Positions 41,059 through 54,463 of a stretch of DNA of 64,000 nucleotides are shown in pieces. A program made the position numbers and the translations under genes. Source of the stretch: Nemertoderma westbladi (Eukaryota; Animalia; Xenacoelomorpha); contig JAUCBJ010000251.1 in NCBI GenBank assembly GCA_032718475.1, positions 1-64,000 on the forward strand, written 5' to 3'. Numbering within the stretch: the stretch's first letter is position 1; each line of letters begins with the position of its first letter. A model generated the notes under the pieces. The model saw nothing but the letters and a program-made list of their open reading frames with translations, had not been told where the DNA came from and ran no database searches.

Positions 41059-41634
41059 ATTTTTTAAATCGTTATTATTATTTGTCCTTGCTGTTGAATG
41101 TTAGAATTAGCTGTTAGGATTTTAATTCCACAATCCGACGTTCTAAAAATAAAGGTTGGACCCTTTTCACACAAATCCACCTCCCCTTTAATATGGCATC
41201 TTTATTCAAGAACCACCCCCCCACCCCCACCCCCCCAAAAAAACAAATGTTTTTATAAATCTTAAAGAGATTGCATGAAATTTGAAAGAAATAGTTTCAT
41301 CTCCTTCCTCCTCAGTGCGTGAGCCAGAATTTTTACTTTCTCATTTTTTAGCTAGATCATTAAAGAAAGGGTCTCCGGCGATATTTCACCAGTTTCCGAT
41401 TCTATACATGTGGGATAATAAGATATGATAAGATCACCGATAAGATAACCAATTGCATTCATTCGCTGAGAGGAAGTCAGTTTATTGCAACGTAGTCGGT
41501 AGCATCAATATGGATACGGGGTTCAAGACCAAGGCAGAAACGGATACATTTTCTTTGAAGGGCTTTAACACTAGTTCAAAGTTTCTTTGTGGTGGTGCAA
41601 AACCAAGTGGTTGCAGCATAGTCAATATAATATA

Positions 41635-42172
41635 TTGCCATGGCAACTGTTTCAAAAACGAGTTTCAAACGCCGATTTTCAGTAAATATCCGAAAAATAT
41701 AAACCCATTGATTAATAATTATTCCCAATTTGGAAAAATCATCTACCATTATAAATATATTTCCCTGAGACCCTCTTGATTCCTATTAGTTTTTTTCAAT
41801 ATTTTGTCATCATTCCAAATGTTATCAGTTACCATGGCAACAGAGACAACTTGAATGGTCGGAAAGTAATTGTCTGGACTTGGCAACATGTAAGACACTA
41901 GATCCAAAATTAAATTTTTTTAGATAGTTCGGAACTATATTAAATTTGGCAGAATATATATTTTAGTGTCTTGTGACCATAGTTACAGGACTACCACAGG
42001 TCCATTTAAATAGGTCCACTACTAGAAATCAAGAGGGTCTCAGGGAAATATATTTATAATGTTAGATGATTTTTCCAAATTGGGAATAATTATTAATCAA
42101 TGGTTTTATATTTTTCGGATATTTACTGAATATCGGCGTTTGAAACTCGTTTTTGAAACAGTTGCCATGGCA
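41635..42172. repeat. About 150-bp near-perfect inverted repeat with about 230-bp spacer
   Basis: 41635-41790 is the reverse complement of about 42021-42172. Confidence 0.92.
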
Positions 42173-43772
42173 AACGGGTTTTACAAATGACGTCAATGGA
42201 ATCTCTGATGCTGATATATGGTCGGTAGGTCAAGGTTAGAAGACTGTAGGTTTATTGGAAAGTGGACTTTTGTAAATGACCTCCTGTTGTCATGGTAATA
42301 TGGGACCGATAAATCCTGTTGCAAGGTTGGTTCCCCTTAAAAAATGAAAGGTATGGAAATTACCTACATCTGTGAAAATTATGGGAAGTTTGTCCAGAAC
42401 GTACACATTAACTTGCTAAGCGACCTGACCAATAGTATATAGAAGGGCGTCGGCGAAGTTAAGTCAAGGGACCACATAGCTCCAGACCATTGTTAATATC
42501 TAGGATATGTGAAAAATGTATGATTACAGTAAGTGTGCAATGAACAAGTTCAATAATAGTTAGTTTTTATATATATTCTGGATTGTACAGAGTAAAAGTG
42601 TTTGTTGGTAACAAGGCGTTCTATAAATACAATGTACTTATAGATAGCCTTGGTTGATAATAAATAAGCATTGTGGTATAATATAGCAATATTTAGAATA
42701 AACAATCAATGGTAGCAGAGCAGACCGACCAATCTTAATCCATCCTTTTAGCCTTAAACAAAAGAAACAGTGTATTCTGTAAATAAAGATGTATTGCGTA
42801 TTGCGTAGCGTGGCAATGCAAAATTTACTATCTAGTGTGGTGGTGTTTCAATGTTTGATCAGAAATATCAGCGAATAAAGAGATTTGGGATGAGTCTCCC
42901 TCCAGAAATTTTGGCCTTTAAATTATTAAGGAGATTGGCTATTTCTAATGAATAAAAAATGATAGTAGTGAATATTCTCAGAGGGACGTTGGACATTTTG
43001 ATTCAACAAGGCGGTATATTCCTCCCAATTAAATAAAAAAAAAAAGAAGACAATAAAAAAAAAATAAAAAAAAGTTACTAGCTAGTAAGAATTATTTACT
43101 AGCTAGCTACCATAAAAAACACTAGCTACCAGCTACCACATGATCTTATATCAGACTACTATATACTAGAATAATACAATTGTAAAGGGTGCAAAAGACA
43201 CAATACAAATCACAATACAAATCTTCAAAATGCAAAGCCCCCCCTGCCAATTAGGTAATTAAGTAATTAGTTAATTACAAATTAATGGTAGGAGATACGG
43301 CATCAGCGCAACAGACTTTTTTCATTTTTGTGCAGAATAAAATTCTGAACAACTTTGTAATGTTACGTTTTTTCATAGCACTTAGTGTTTTCGAGTTACG
43401 ATGCTAATTAGTTTTCAGCTAATTAGTACTAATTAACAGTAATAGGAGGGCCATAGTGATGATTTAACTTTTTTTAGATCGTACCGAGATGAACAAAAAA
43501 AAACACCGTTGCTATGGGAAAAACCAAATACTTTTCGAAAAATATCAATTAGAAATCTTTAATCGCTAATTACTAATTAATTAATTAACAGATTTTTGCC
43601 AAATATTTCTCTGCTGTACGCGCTCTGGTCCCCTATAAGATCGCGAAACAGAATCATTCTAGCTTTTGCCATTCTCCTGGAAAAATCCTTTAAAGATCCA
43701 CCTAAAAAAGATCAAAGCAAAGTGCCTACTTAACAAGGGGTTTGATATAATGCTGTCTTATGGGGTTTTACT

Positions 43773-43966
43773 TTGGTGTTTATTTTAGTTTGCTAAGTTC
43801 CATTAAAAAAGCTGCATTATTTATTCCTCATAAGACTCTGTCAAGCCTTTGGCTCTCCGTTTGCAGCCTATTGGTGTTTATTTTAGTTTGCTAAGTTCCG
43901 TTAAATAGGCTGCATATTTATTCCTCATAAGACTCTGTCAAGCCTTTGGCTCTCCGTTTGCAGCCG
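43773..43966. repeat. About 98-bp direct tandem duplication
   Basis: ttggtgtttattttagtttgctaagttcc...ctctccgtttgcagcc x2. Confidence 0.9.
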
Positions 43967-44582
43967 TTTGCGAAAACCAGTTTTATACTAACACAGCAAT
44001 ATATACTGAAAATTCTATTTTTGAATTTTTTTTTAAAAACTACAATCCCTATCCCGAAAAACGGCATCCCGAGAGTGATAATTCCGGTCCCGATCCCGGA
44101 AAACCAAAACAGTCAGATTCCATTTAATGACTGCAATATACCATTAAGAACCATCAAACTTTATTTATCTCCGTCGTCCACCCTTGACTATGACTGCAAG
44201 CCACGACGGGGATTTTCCCCACAGACAGCAGGATCCTTCACTCAGGTCAGGTGGATCGACAGAAACCATGGGTTGGCAAACTCACGATAACTGGAATGAA
44301 ATCACAATAGGGTTGAAGAATAACTGCAGTCGAACTGGTGCAATATTGTCGAGACACTTTTTTAAACGCTTGTAGCTAAAGAACGAAAGCAAAAAAGAAA
44401 TTCTGGCTCACCCACTTTAAGATTAAACTATTTCAAGTTTCGAATTTCATGTAATCTCATCAAAAATCCCAACAGATAGTAAACCGACGGAAGACGACTT
44501 CGTTCAGAATGTCTTTCGAGATCGGTAGTGTAAATGCATGCACGTCGTACATTCACGTTATGGTGACTGTGAACCTATGTGA

Positions 44583-46430
44583 TGATGGTGGTTACTGTTC
44601 TCGTATCTGTGGTGATAATGGTTACTGTTATCGTATCTGTGGTGATAATGGTTACTGTTCTCGTATCTGTGGTGGTTACTGTTCTTGCTATCTGTGGTGG
44701 ATACTGTTCTTACTATCTATGGTGGTTACTGTTCTCGCTATCTATGGTGATAATGGTTACTGTTATCGTATCTGTGGTGATAATGGTTACTGTTCTCGTA
44801 TCTGTGGTTGTAACTGTTCTCGTACCTGTGGTGGTAACTGTTCTCGCTATCTGTGGTGGTTACTGTTCTTTCTCTCTGTGGTGGTAACTGTTCTCGCTAT
44901 CTGTGGTGGTTACTGTTCTTTCTATCTGTGGTGGTAACTGTTCTCGCTATCTGTGGTGGTTACTGTTCTTTCTATCTGTGGTGGTAACTGTTCTCGCTAT
45001 CTGTGGTGGTTACTGTTCTTTCTATCTGTGGTGGTAACTGTTCTCGCTATCTGTGGTGGTTACTGTTCTTTCTATCTGTGGTTGTAACTGTTCTCGCTAT
45101 CTGTGGTGATAACTGTTCTCGCTATCTGTGGTGGAGACTGTTCTCGCTATCTGTGGTGGTTGCTGTTCTCGCTATCTGTGGTGGTTACTGTTCTCGTACC
45201 TGTGGTGGTAACTGTTCTCGCTATCTGTGGTGGTTACTGTTCTTTCTATCTGTGGTGGTTACTGTTCTCGCTATCTGTGGTGGTTACTGTTCTTTCTATC
45301 TGTGGTGGTAACTGTTCTCGCTATCTGTGGTGGTTACTGTTCTTTCTATCTGTGGTGGTGACTGTTCTCGCTATCTGTGGTGGTTACTGTTCTTTCTATC
45401 TGTGGTGGTAACTGTTCTCGCTATCTGTGGTGGTTACTGTTCTTTCTATCTGTGGTGGTTACTGTTCTTTCTCTCTGTGGTGGTTACTGATCTCGCTATC
45501 TGTGGTGGTTACTGTTCTCGTACCTGTGGTGGTAATTGTTCTCGCTATCTGTGGTGGTTACTGTTCTTTCTATCTGTGGTGGTTACTGTTCTCGCTATCT
45601 GTGGTGGTTACTGTTCTTTCTATCTGTGGTGGTAACTGTTCTCGCTATCTGTGGTGGTTACTGTTCTTTCTATCTGTGGTGGTGACTGTTCTCGCTATCT
45701 GTGGTGGTTACTGTTCTTTCTATCTGTGGTGGTAACTGTTCTCGCTATCTGTGGTGGTTGCTGTTCTCGCTATCTGTGGTGGTTACTGTTCTCGTACCTG
45801 TGGTGGTAACTGTTCTCGCTATCTGTGGTGGTTACTGTTCTTTCTATCTGTGGTGGTTACTGTTCTCGCTATCTGTGGTGGTTACTGTTCTTTCTATCTG
45901 TGGTGGTAACTGTTCTCGCTATCTGTGGTGGTTACTGTTCTTTCTATCTGTGGTGGTGACTGTTCTCGCTATCTGTGGTGGTTACTGTTCTTTCTATCTG
46001 TGGTGGTAACTGTTCTCGCTATCTGTGGTGGTTACTGTTCTTTCTATCTGTGGTGGTTACTGTTCTTTCTCTCTGTGGTGGTTACTGTTCTCGCTATCTG
46101 TGGTGGTTACTGTTCTCGTACCTGTGGTGGTAACTGTTCTCGCTATCTGTGGTGGTTACTGTTCTTTCTATCTGTGGTGGTTACTGTTCTCGCTATCTGT
46201 GGTGGTTACTGTTCTTTCTATCTGTGGTGGTAACTGTTCTCGCTATCTGTGGTGGTTACTGTTCTTTCTATCTGTGGTGGTGACTGTTCTCGCTATCTGT
46301 GGTGGTTACTGTTCTTTCTATCTGTGGTGGTAACTGTTCTCGCTATCTGTGGTGGTTACTGTTCTTTCTATCTGTGGTGGTTACTGTTCTTTCTATCTGT
46401 GGTGGTTACTTTTCTCGCTATCAGTGGCGG
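44583..46430. repeat. 25-bp satellite array (about 70+ units) with higher-order structure
   Basis: ctatctgtggtggt(t/a)actgttct(cg/tt) repeated. Confidence 0.97.
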
Positions 46431-46499
46431 TTTAAAAAGTGTAGATGTGCAAATAAAAAGCGTGAAATATGCCATTTTAAAAAAATTAACTTTTGTATC

Positions 46500-47270
46500 A
46501 GGCAATTCAAGTGTAGTATTATGTGTAGAAATATATTAATGTTTTATAATAAATGTATAATTATATGTAGTAATTTTGAATAATAGTGTAGTAATTATTA
46601 AGTAATTAAACAATACTAAGGATGATCCAACTAGTGTAGTAATATATTAATGTTTCTGTGTAGTAATTTTGAATAATAGTGTAGTAAAATATAAATGTTT
46701 TATAATAAAAATACGTAAAATTATGTGTAGTATTGCTTATAGTAATATATTAAGGATATATAATAAATGTATAATTATGTGTAGTAATTTTGAATTATAG
46801 TGTAGTAATATATTATTGTTTTTGAGTTATAATAAATGTATAATTATGAGTAGTAATTTTGAATAATAGTGCATTAAAATATAAATGTTTTAAATAAAAA
46901 TATGTAAAATTATGTGTAGTATTACTTATAGTAATATATTAAGGATATATAATAAATGTATAATTATATCAATAGAAATTTTGAGTAATTTATGTGTAGT
47001 AGTAATATATTATTAATGTAATATAATAAAAATAAAATATATATGTATAATTATAATTATGTGTAGTAATTTATGTGTTATAATCTATGTGAAGCAATAT
47101 ATTTATGTCAATACCCCCCAACAAATATATATAATTACGTGAGATATTATGTGTGGTAATATATTAATGTTATGTAATAAAAAATGACATATATCTATAA
47201 AATGAACAAATGAAAATCTCTAAGAAATTGTATTATAATACATATTATTATAACGATTATTATAATAAAT
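46500..47270. repeat. Extremely AT-rich array of degenerate gtgtagtaat repeats with an about 180-bp duplication
   Basis: tagtaattttgaataatagtg...aaaattatgtgtagtatt.cttatagtaatatattaaggatatataataaatgtataattat occurs at about 46660 and 46850. Confidence 0.75.
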
Positions 47271-48007
47271 AAGAGTTCACTATAGTATATCATATATCAT
47301 CGCTAATATATAATCTTTGTTGGTTGTACCACGCATACGCTAGTCACGCTGTACTGCGCGCTATCTATTATACTGAACGTTTTTACGATTATTGATTACA
47401 CAACTCAATGATTCTTATTTCATCCCCCCCCCCCCCCCCCGCAATCAATTGTACACGTATTTCCATCAACCAACCACATTTAAGATATTTTCTTATTCGC
47501 TGTTTAAGTCTGCTGTCTATGCCACATATTCTAACTTGCATTTGTTCCTAAGGACCACCCTCTTTACAACGATAAAAATAAATCAAGACTCTATTACTGT
47601 AAAGAGGGTGATCTTTAGGGAACAATTGAAAGTTAGTACTAAAAAACGGTGTCAATTTATTACAGCGATACAGTTTAAAATTTTTATCACTTGTAATTTC
47701 ATGGTAATAAATTGACTCCATATATAATTTTTTTAGTTCTCAGTCTGAAATTGTTGTAATTCTTTAGTTATTTCCTTGTTATCCTTATAATTTAATGATA
47801 ACATTAAAATTACTAAGGAAATATCACAATTTAGATCCAACTATGGGGTCAATTGATTACAGCGATACGGTTTAAAATTTATCACTTGTAATATTTTTTG
47901 TATTTATTTATTATTATGGCTTTAACATAAAAAATAGCTGGAAATTTACTTACAATAAATATACTTGCACTGTCATTCACAGCAAGTATTTTATTGTCAA
48001 TTCTCAG

Positions 48008-48978
48008 GATGACAACGAAACAATCTGTTTTTCTCATCAAGATACCCGCTATTTGCTGGACATTCTAGAAACAACAAACAATCAACATAAATCCAGACCA
48101 CCAATTATACCAGGTAGGATATATCCCACTCTTCGTTTTGCGCGAGGAAATTTGAATATATCGATCAATCCCACATCGGGTGATGTTTACATTCAGAAAC
48201 ATGGCAAATGTAAACTTCTAAACAAAGCTTTTACCGAAGTTCTCATTCAATACAGGGGGAAATTATTGCAATTTCTCTCTCTCATCCGCTAGAGATTATT
48301 GGCAATCAGTTTTACATTGAATTATCAAATCCAGAGTTTATTGGATTTGTAACAGCTTTTAAAGGAACCAACTATGTCGGCTTATGGTAAATCACCCTCA
48401 GATATGTTGATAGTGTAGGTTTTAGTTATTATACGGGTTTCAATTTGACAAATCAGGAACTAACCGCTTTGTTGAATGAGTGGGATACGCAAATCAATGA
48501 AACAAACAAGCATCTTTTTGAAGATTTTAAAAATATCATTCAACTATGAGACCGTCTCAAAATGATTAAATCTGATAAAAAAATTATTATTACCAACACC
48601 GATAATCCTACAGAAGTGGGAGCAGCCAGAAATTCTATTGAGATGCATTACTTGAATGATAAAGCCCATATTAGATTTCTCAAAGAAGCAATGGATGGTG
48701 TTTCTCTTACTGAGGCTAATGTGGATGGTTTTGTCATTTTGGATAAACCTAAAGCATTCGTTGAGATTCCATCACCAAAACCAGATGTTGAAGAGAGTTG
48801 TTCTCAACCGCAACATGTCTTTCCTGAAATATTACCACGGAAGCCGAGATCGTCAAGTAAATTAACCAACGCAACAGCTGCAAAGAAACAGAAAGTTGTT
48901 GTTACCTCATTTCCAGTATATGAGGCTAATAACTTTACTTCGAAACCTGAGTTCATGCCTGGATACCCTTATTGGTGA
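48008..48978 (+). pseudogene. PC4/Sub1-like ssDNA-binding protein gene, decayed (frameshift near 48290, two stops)
   Basis: Hand translation FIGFVTAFKGTNYVGLW*...YYTGFNLTNQELTALLNEWDTQINE resembles the PC4 core; it reads in frame into ORF 48562-48978 (basic AKKQK tail). Confidence 0.5.
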
Positions 48979-49106
48979 TTGGCAATTGATTTAAAGTTAT
49001 TTCGCTCGGTAGCATATAAATGTTTAGATATAGTCAATAACATTTCATTTTATTTTAATCTTTTGTGATATTTTATTATTATTATATAATCTAAACAAAC
49101 TTCAAC

Positions 49107-52100
49107 ATGGATAAAATAGTATTGTGTTGTTCATTCTGTCATATGAATATAACTAGACATAATTATTTACGATGCCTAAAGTCACATTTTGAAGTTTATT
49201 CTTGTTTTAATTGTCATGTTACGACTTCATGCAGTGAAATTTGTAAACGACATGAATCAACTATGGGTTGTAAAGAAATGAAGTTTCGCACCTATCAATT
49301 GACTTGTCCTACTTGTAATAAAGGATATTCATCTGAGAATTATTTACCTCACGACTGTCACTTGAAATGTTAATACACAAGAAAGCATAAATCACCGCAA
49401 CATAAGAATATAATATCTAGAAAAAACTTAAGACTGGTTCTTGGCACATGTGCAACAATTTTTACATGGGAACAAGCCGCTCACGATAATCGTCTTGAAA
49501 TTTATGTCCACGACCTCCCAACTTCTAGAGATTCAGTTAATATTAGACAGATTGAAAGAAATGAATGTTCTTAGACTGTGGTTAGGTCTAAATGAATTAA
49601 TGTACAGAACACATTTTTCAGAAGGTGAGCAATTAGAAACCTTTTATTTTAATTCTTCCAGTGGTGCTATTAATACTGTAGATTCATCATCAGAAAGTTT
49701 TGATATTTGGTTTGAGTATATATGTTTTAGAAAATATATTACAAAAAATAGACATGTTTAACATACGTGGTTCAGGGTGGCGCATTAAATCTTTATTAAG
49801 AGTTGAAATTAAATTAGCTGATTCTAAGTGTAGGTCGTTACTATATAAGGGACATGGATATATGGAATTACCTAAGGTTCTATCGAGTAAACGATGTACA
49901 ATATATATACAAACGGCTGATAATGACTGTTTCAAATGGGCTATTATAACTGCAAAATTTAGTAGCAAAGTGAAAAACTACAAAAACCATTCTTCGTCGT
50001 ACAAAAATTATATGAGTCATTTCATTTTTGACAACGGGAAAAATGATTATCCAACAGAGTGGCAGCTAGCGATTAAACTTTTTGAAAAACAAAATTCTAA
50101 ATATATAATTAATTTACTATGTTGGAATAACAACAATAAACGGACCCCCGTATCTATATTAAGACAACCTCTGTTTAGTAAAATTACACCAGATAAAGAG
50201 TTATTAAATATATTACTTATAGTAAAAAATAACAATGTACCTAAACTGAATCATTATGTTTGCATAACTAACTTGAATCGATTGCTGAATACGAGAGCTC
50301 TTCATATCCACAATAGCCAATATTGTGAACGATGTTTAGGGCATTTTTTTCGAATGGAAGTTCTCCAACGACACCGTCTCGCCTGCTACCAAGGAAGAAG
50401 TCAACGAGAGAAACTACCTAATAAAAAAAGAACACACATAAGTTTTACAAATTTAGATAGAACCTTATCCCCATTGTTTGTCACCTACTTTGATATAGAA
50501 TGTATCTTACAACCCTCAGTTAATAATCAATTTATACAGGAGCATATACCGTGTGCTGTGAGTTATTTAATTGTTCCCAATAGTGAATTAATTGATCCTC
50601 CAAAATGTCATTTGAAAACATTCGTATAGTCAAATAATAATAATAATTGTATTCAAGATTTCTTAGATTCATTAAATTCAAGAATAGATTAAAGAAGATT
50701 CAAGAAATACACGGATTGGGATATAAAGGTTATACCGAGAAATACAGAACGATATATTTCACTGAGCGCATTTATCCCAATTAAAAACACTTCTAAAAAA
50801 AATTGAGTTATGTGTCTTAGACACATATCAATTTTTAAGCTTTTCCCTAAGTAATTTAGTTGAGTGTTCAACAAAAGATGTAGCGAGTCATGATATAAGC
50901 TCAATTTTACCTATTACTCTACAAGAAATGAAATATTTTTATCCAAACTTGAATAACTCAACAATTAATCGGAAAGGAGTATTTCCAAACAAGTACTTGA
51001 CAAATATAAATAAATTTAATGATACAGGTTTGCCATCTATAAATAATTTTTTTAGTAACTTAAGTCAAAAAACATGTACAATTGAAGATTATAGGTTTGA
51101 TGGATTATCATGGGTAGAATTCGACTGTGTGAATCTCAAAGATTATCTTTTAGCCTATTTAAAACTCAATGTTTGTTTGCTTGCCGATATATTTGAGAAT
51201 TTTAGGAATGTTTGTAAACAAAATTATGATTTAGAAGTGGTTTTTTACTGTAGTATCGCATCATTTACCTATGATTGCGCTCTAAAATATAATAAATGTA
51301 AAATAGAATTAATAAAGGATTAGCAGACATACAGAGATTTTGAAAAATCAATTAGGGGTGGTGTTTCATTTTGTCGAAAGCATTATATAGAATCAAATAT
51401 ACCCGAAACAAGCACATATGATTCTACTAAGGAAGAATGCCATATTTTTAATATTGATTTCAACTCTTTATATTCTGGGAATTTAAGTAAAAAACTACCC
51501 ACCTCATAATTCAAAGAAGTAAGTATTAAACATTTAGAGAATGCAATTCCAGAAAAACTAATCGAGTACTTGGTAGATTTAGTCAATGACGGATCTACTG
51601 GATATTTTTTAATATGTGATTTAAATTACCCCAAAGCTATTCACGATCAAACATTACAATTACTGTTAGCCCCAGAGGATTTAAGTATAAATGAATCAAT
51701 GCTTTCACCTTATATGAGGGAACAATTTAATAACTTATCGATACAAAGAGGCACCACCGGTAAATATAAGATGTCTACTCCAAAACTCTTGCTGACACAA
51801 TTTGATAAAGAATTTTATCATTTACACTTAGAAACTGTTAAAATTTTATATAAAACAAGGATTAATTGTTACTAAACTACATAAATTATATTCTTTTCAA
51901 CAAGAATTTATATTTAAAAATTACATAGATTTTAACATTAATCAAAGGCGACTAGCAAAAAGTTACATTGAAACGGCTGTCGCAAAGCTGCTTAATAACT
52001 CTTTATTTGGTAAGTCAATAGAAAAGATACGGGACCGATGTAACTTTCGTATCGCAAATAGCAATGATAAATGCGACCAATTGGTGAATCGTATTAATCA

Positions 52101-54463
52101 TGAACAATTTATAATATACAATAATACATTATCGGGTCATTTATTAGTGAAAGACTCAGTAACTCTCGATAAGCCTATATTTATTGGTAGCGCGGTGTTG
52201 GATTTGGCTAAACTTGATATGTATGAACTGTATTACAATAGATTACTACCTATTGAGAAAGAATTAAACTGCCGTATTGAAATTGCTGCATCAGATACAG
52301 ACTCATTAATAGGTTGTGGGGCGAGCCACGAAGTGAGTGAGCCTTAGCGTAGTGGTACCATTAATCAACCTGTCGTTCTGTCGTTCTGTCGTTCTGTCGT
52401 TCTGTCGCGTTCAATTTTAAACGTTAATAACTCGGCCAATCTTTTATGAAATCTATCCAAACTTGGTACACATGTTGTTTTGCAAAAGTTTATAAATTTT
52501 CCAAGTAGAATTTCCGTGTGGCCTTCGAGAAGCTAAGATAATAGCAGTTAATTAGTTAATTAAGTTGATTATGGTAAAAACACCATTTTCAACCTGCCTT
52601 TTAAAGGAAATTAATTGTTTTACAGTATAAGATTTAAATAATTATACTTAAAAATTATACAGATGTAATCCACATACGCCATTCTATTATAGTTTTAATT
52701 AGTTCAAGTGATTTGCTTTAATAATTGTGTCCTTAATTGATCTAAAGTATTTAAAATGGCGTAAAAAATTGATTCTCATTAAATACTGCTCATTTATTGG
52801 CCAACATGCTGGTACATAGATGGAAGGATGTGTGTTAAGGCAGCCAGTTGCTGGGAATGATTATTGGTCAAGTCTCTGCTGGTGTGGACTAGCTGGGAGT
52901 TGTGGCTGTAGACTAACCAGAGAGGAATTGTAATAGGCAACCAGTATTGCTATTCCAGCCCAGACAGCATTCTTTAAATCCAACATCCCAACATTGACTC
53001 TACTATAAGTGTTGTATTGCTATCTCAGGTAAATGACAGATATAATAACATAAATACCATCCATGGCATGGCTGTTGTAGGCTTCTGAAATAGTTTATTC
53101 CACAATGTATATGTCTGGTTATTTTTTAATTGAATTTTTGCAAAGTAGTAAAATTAATGTTCTTAAAAATAATATTATTATTTTATATGTAACCTGGGAA
53201 ATTAGCTACATTTTTTCGCTGCAGCTTTAAGAGTGTACATTGATTTAATATTATTTCAATACCCATATTACTACATCGGCATAAGATGCATTGGCGTTGT
53301 ATCACACATCTCCACATATCACACATCTCCACATAGATGTATCAACAGTTACTCGCACAGTTTCGAAACTTCGCATAGTTATAACTGTATAAAGATCGTC
53401 AGTCTGCGTTTAGGAAAAATATTTTATGACAAAACAGGACAAGCGACGAGCGCAACGAGGCATATAATGAAGACGAGTACTGCGTTGACTAAATTATTAT
53501 ATAAACCACCTGGCTTCACATATTGATCGCATCCCTAGTTATTATTATTATAAAGATCGTCCTAGCCTGCGTTTAAGAAATATATTTAAATACAAAACAG
53601 GACGAACGCAAAGAGGCTTATAATGAAAACGAGTACTGCGTTTATTATATTCCTATAAACCACCTGGCTTTGCATATTTAACATGCGATTGGAAATAAGT
53701 TCGTGCTACCCTTCCGTGGGTGGTAGATGTCGCGGTTATGTATTGGTGGTTGGGAAGGGTGGGGGGGGGGGGGGAGAGATTAAAAGGGGTGAACACATAC
53801 TGTCCCCCTTTCTTTGATTGATTGGCGGTGTGGGTAAATTTCTCAAAACCTGATTTTGTGATACAGTCACTCAATTTTAATTTGTATCTAATAACTGGGC
53901 CTCGTGCTGCGCGAAGGCCCCACGAACGAGTTATTATAATACATCGCAGAGTAATTTTTAAAAGCATTAATTAAAAATAATATTTTAGATATATCCAATT
54001 ACCCTCAGGATCACCTGCTTTATAGTAATAAAAATAAATCGAGACTTTATTACTGTAAATATGAACTAGCCTCACGTGAAATTAAACAAGCAGTATTTTT
54101 AAGACCAAAATTATATTCAATTTTGGAATGGAATAACAGAAATATTCGCAGAGCAAAAGGTATTACAAGAGCTGTTGTGGAAACGAATATTACTCATGAA
54201 GAATATTTAAAAGCATATAACTCAAATGAAGAAATAAAAAAAAAAACATACACAGATTTCAATCTAAATTACATCGTATTTATACCTTAAAGCAAAATAA
54301 ATTTGCACTCAGTAGCTTTGATGATAAACTTTATTGGCTTAATAAAAATCAATCACTTCCTTGAGGACACTATAAAACAAACCTCAAAAAACCTATAAAA
54401 ATATCAAATATACCAATTTATGAAGAACCGAAAGATGATGGTGAATTATCAAATAGTAAATAA
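49107..54463 (+). pseudogene. Protein-primed DNA polymerase B (Polinton/Maverick/adintovirus type) with N-terminal C2H2 Zn fingers; disrupted
   Basis: GSGW, GYMELP, DNDCFKWAI, HYVCITNLNRLL, YCERCLGHF, YFDIEC (ExoI), IKVIPRNTERYIS, RKGVFP, LLADIFENFR, SIRGGVS, DFNSLY (motif A), KLLNNSLFGK (motif B), SDTDSL (motif C), LRPKLYS, RAKGI, LSSFDDK. Confidence 0.93.
52307..53933 (+). mobile_element. Helentron/DINE-1-like non-autonomous element, copy 2, inserted just after the polymerase DTDS motif
   Basis: (ctgtcgtt)n near the 5' end, subterminal inverted gtggggc/gccccac, 3' stem-loop gggcctcgtgc..gcgaaggccc; polymerase sequence resumes after it. Confidence 0.8.

Noticed and set aside
44509-46583. 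Repeated 102-aa Cys/Val-rich ORFs; CRISPR-like appearance
   Set aside because: Head-to-tail 25-bp satellite with no unique spacers and no cas genes, in eukaryotic context.
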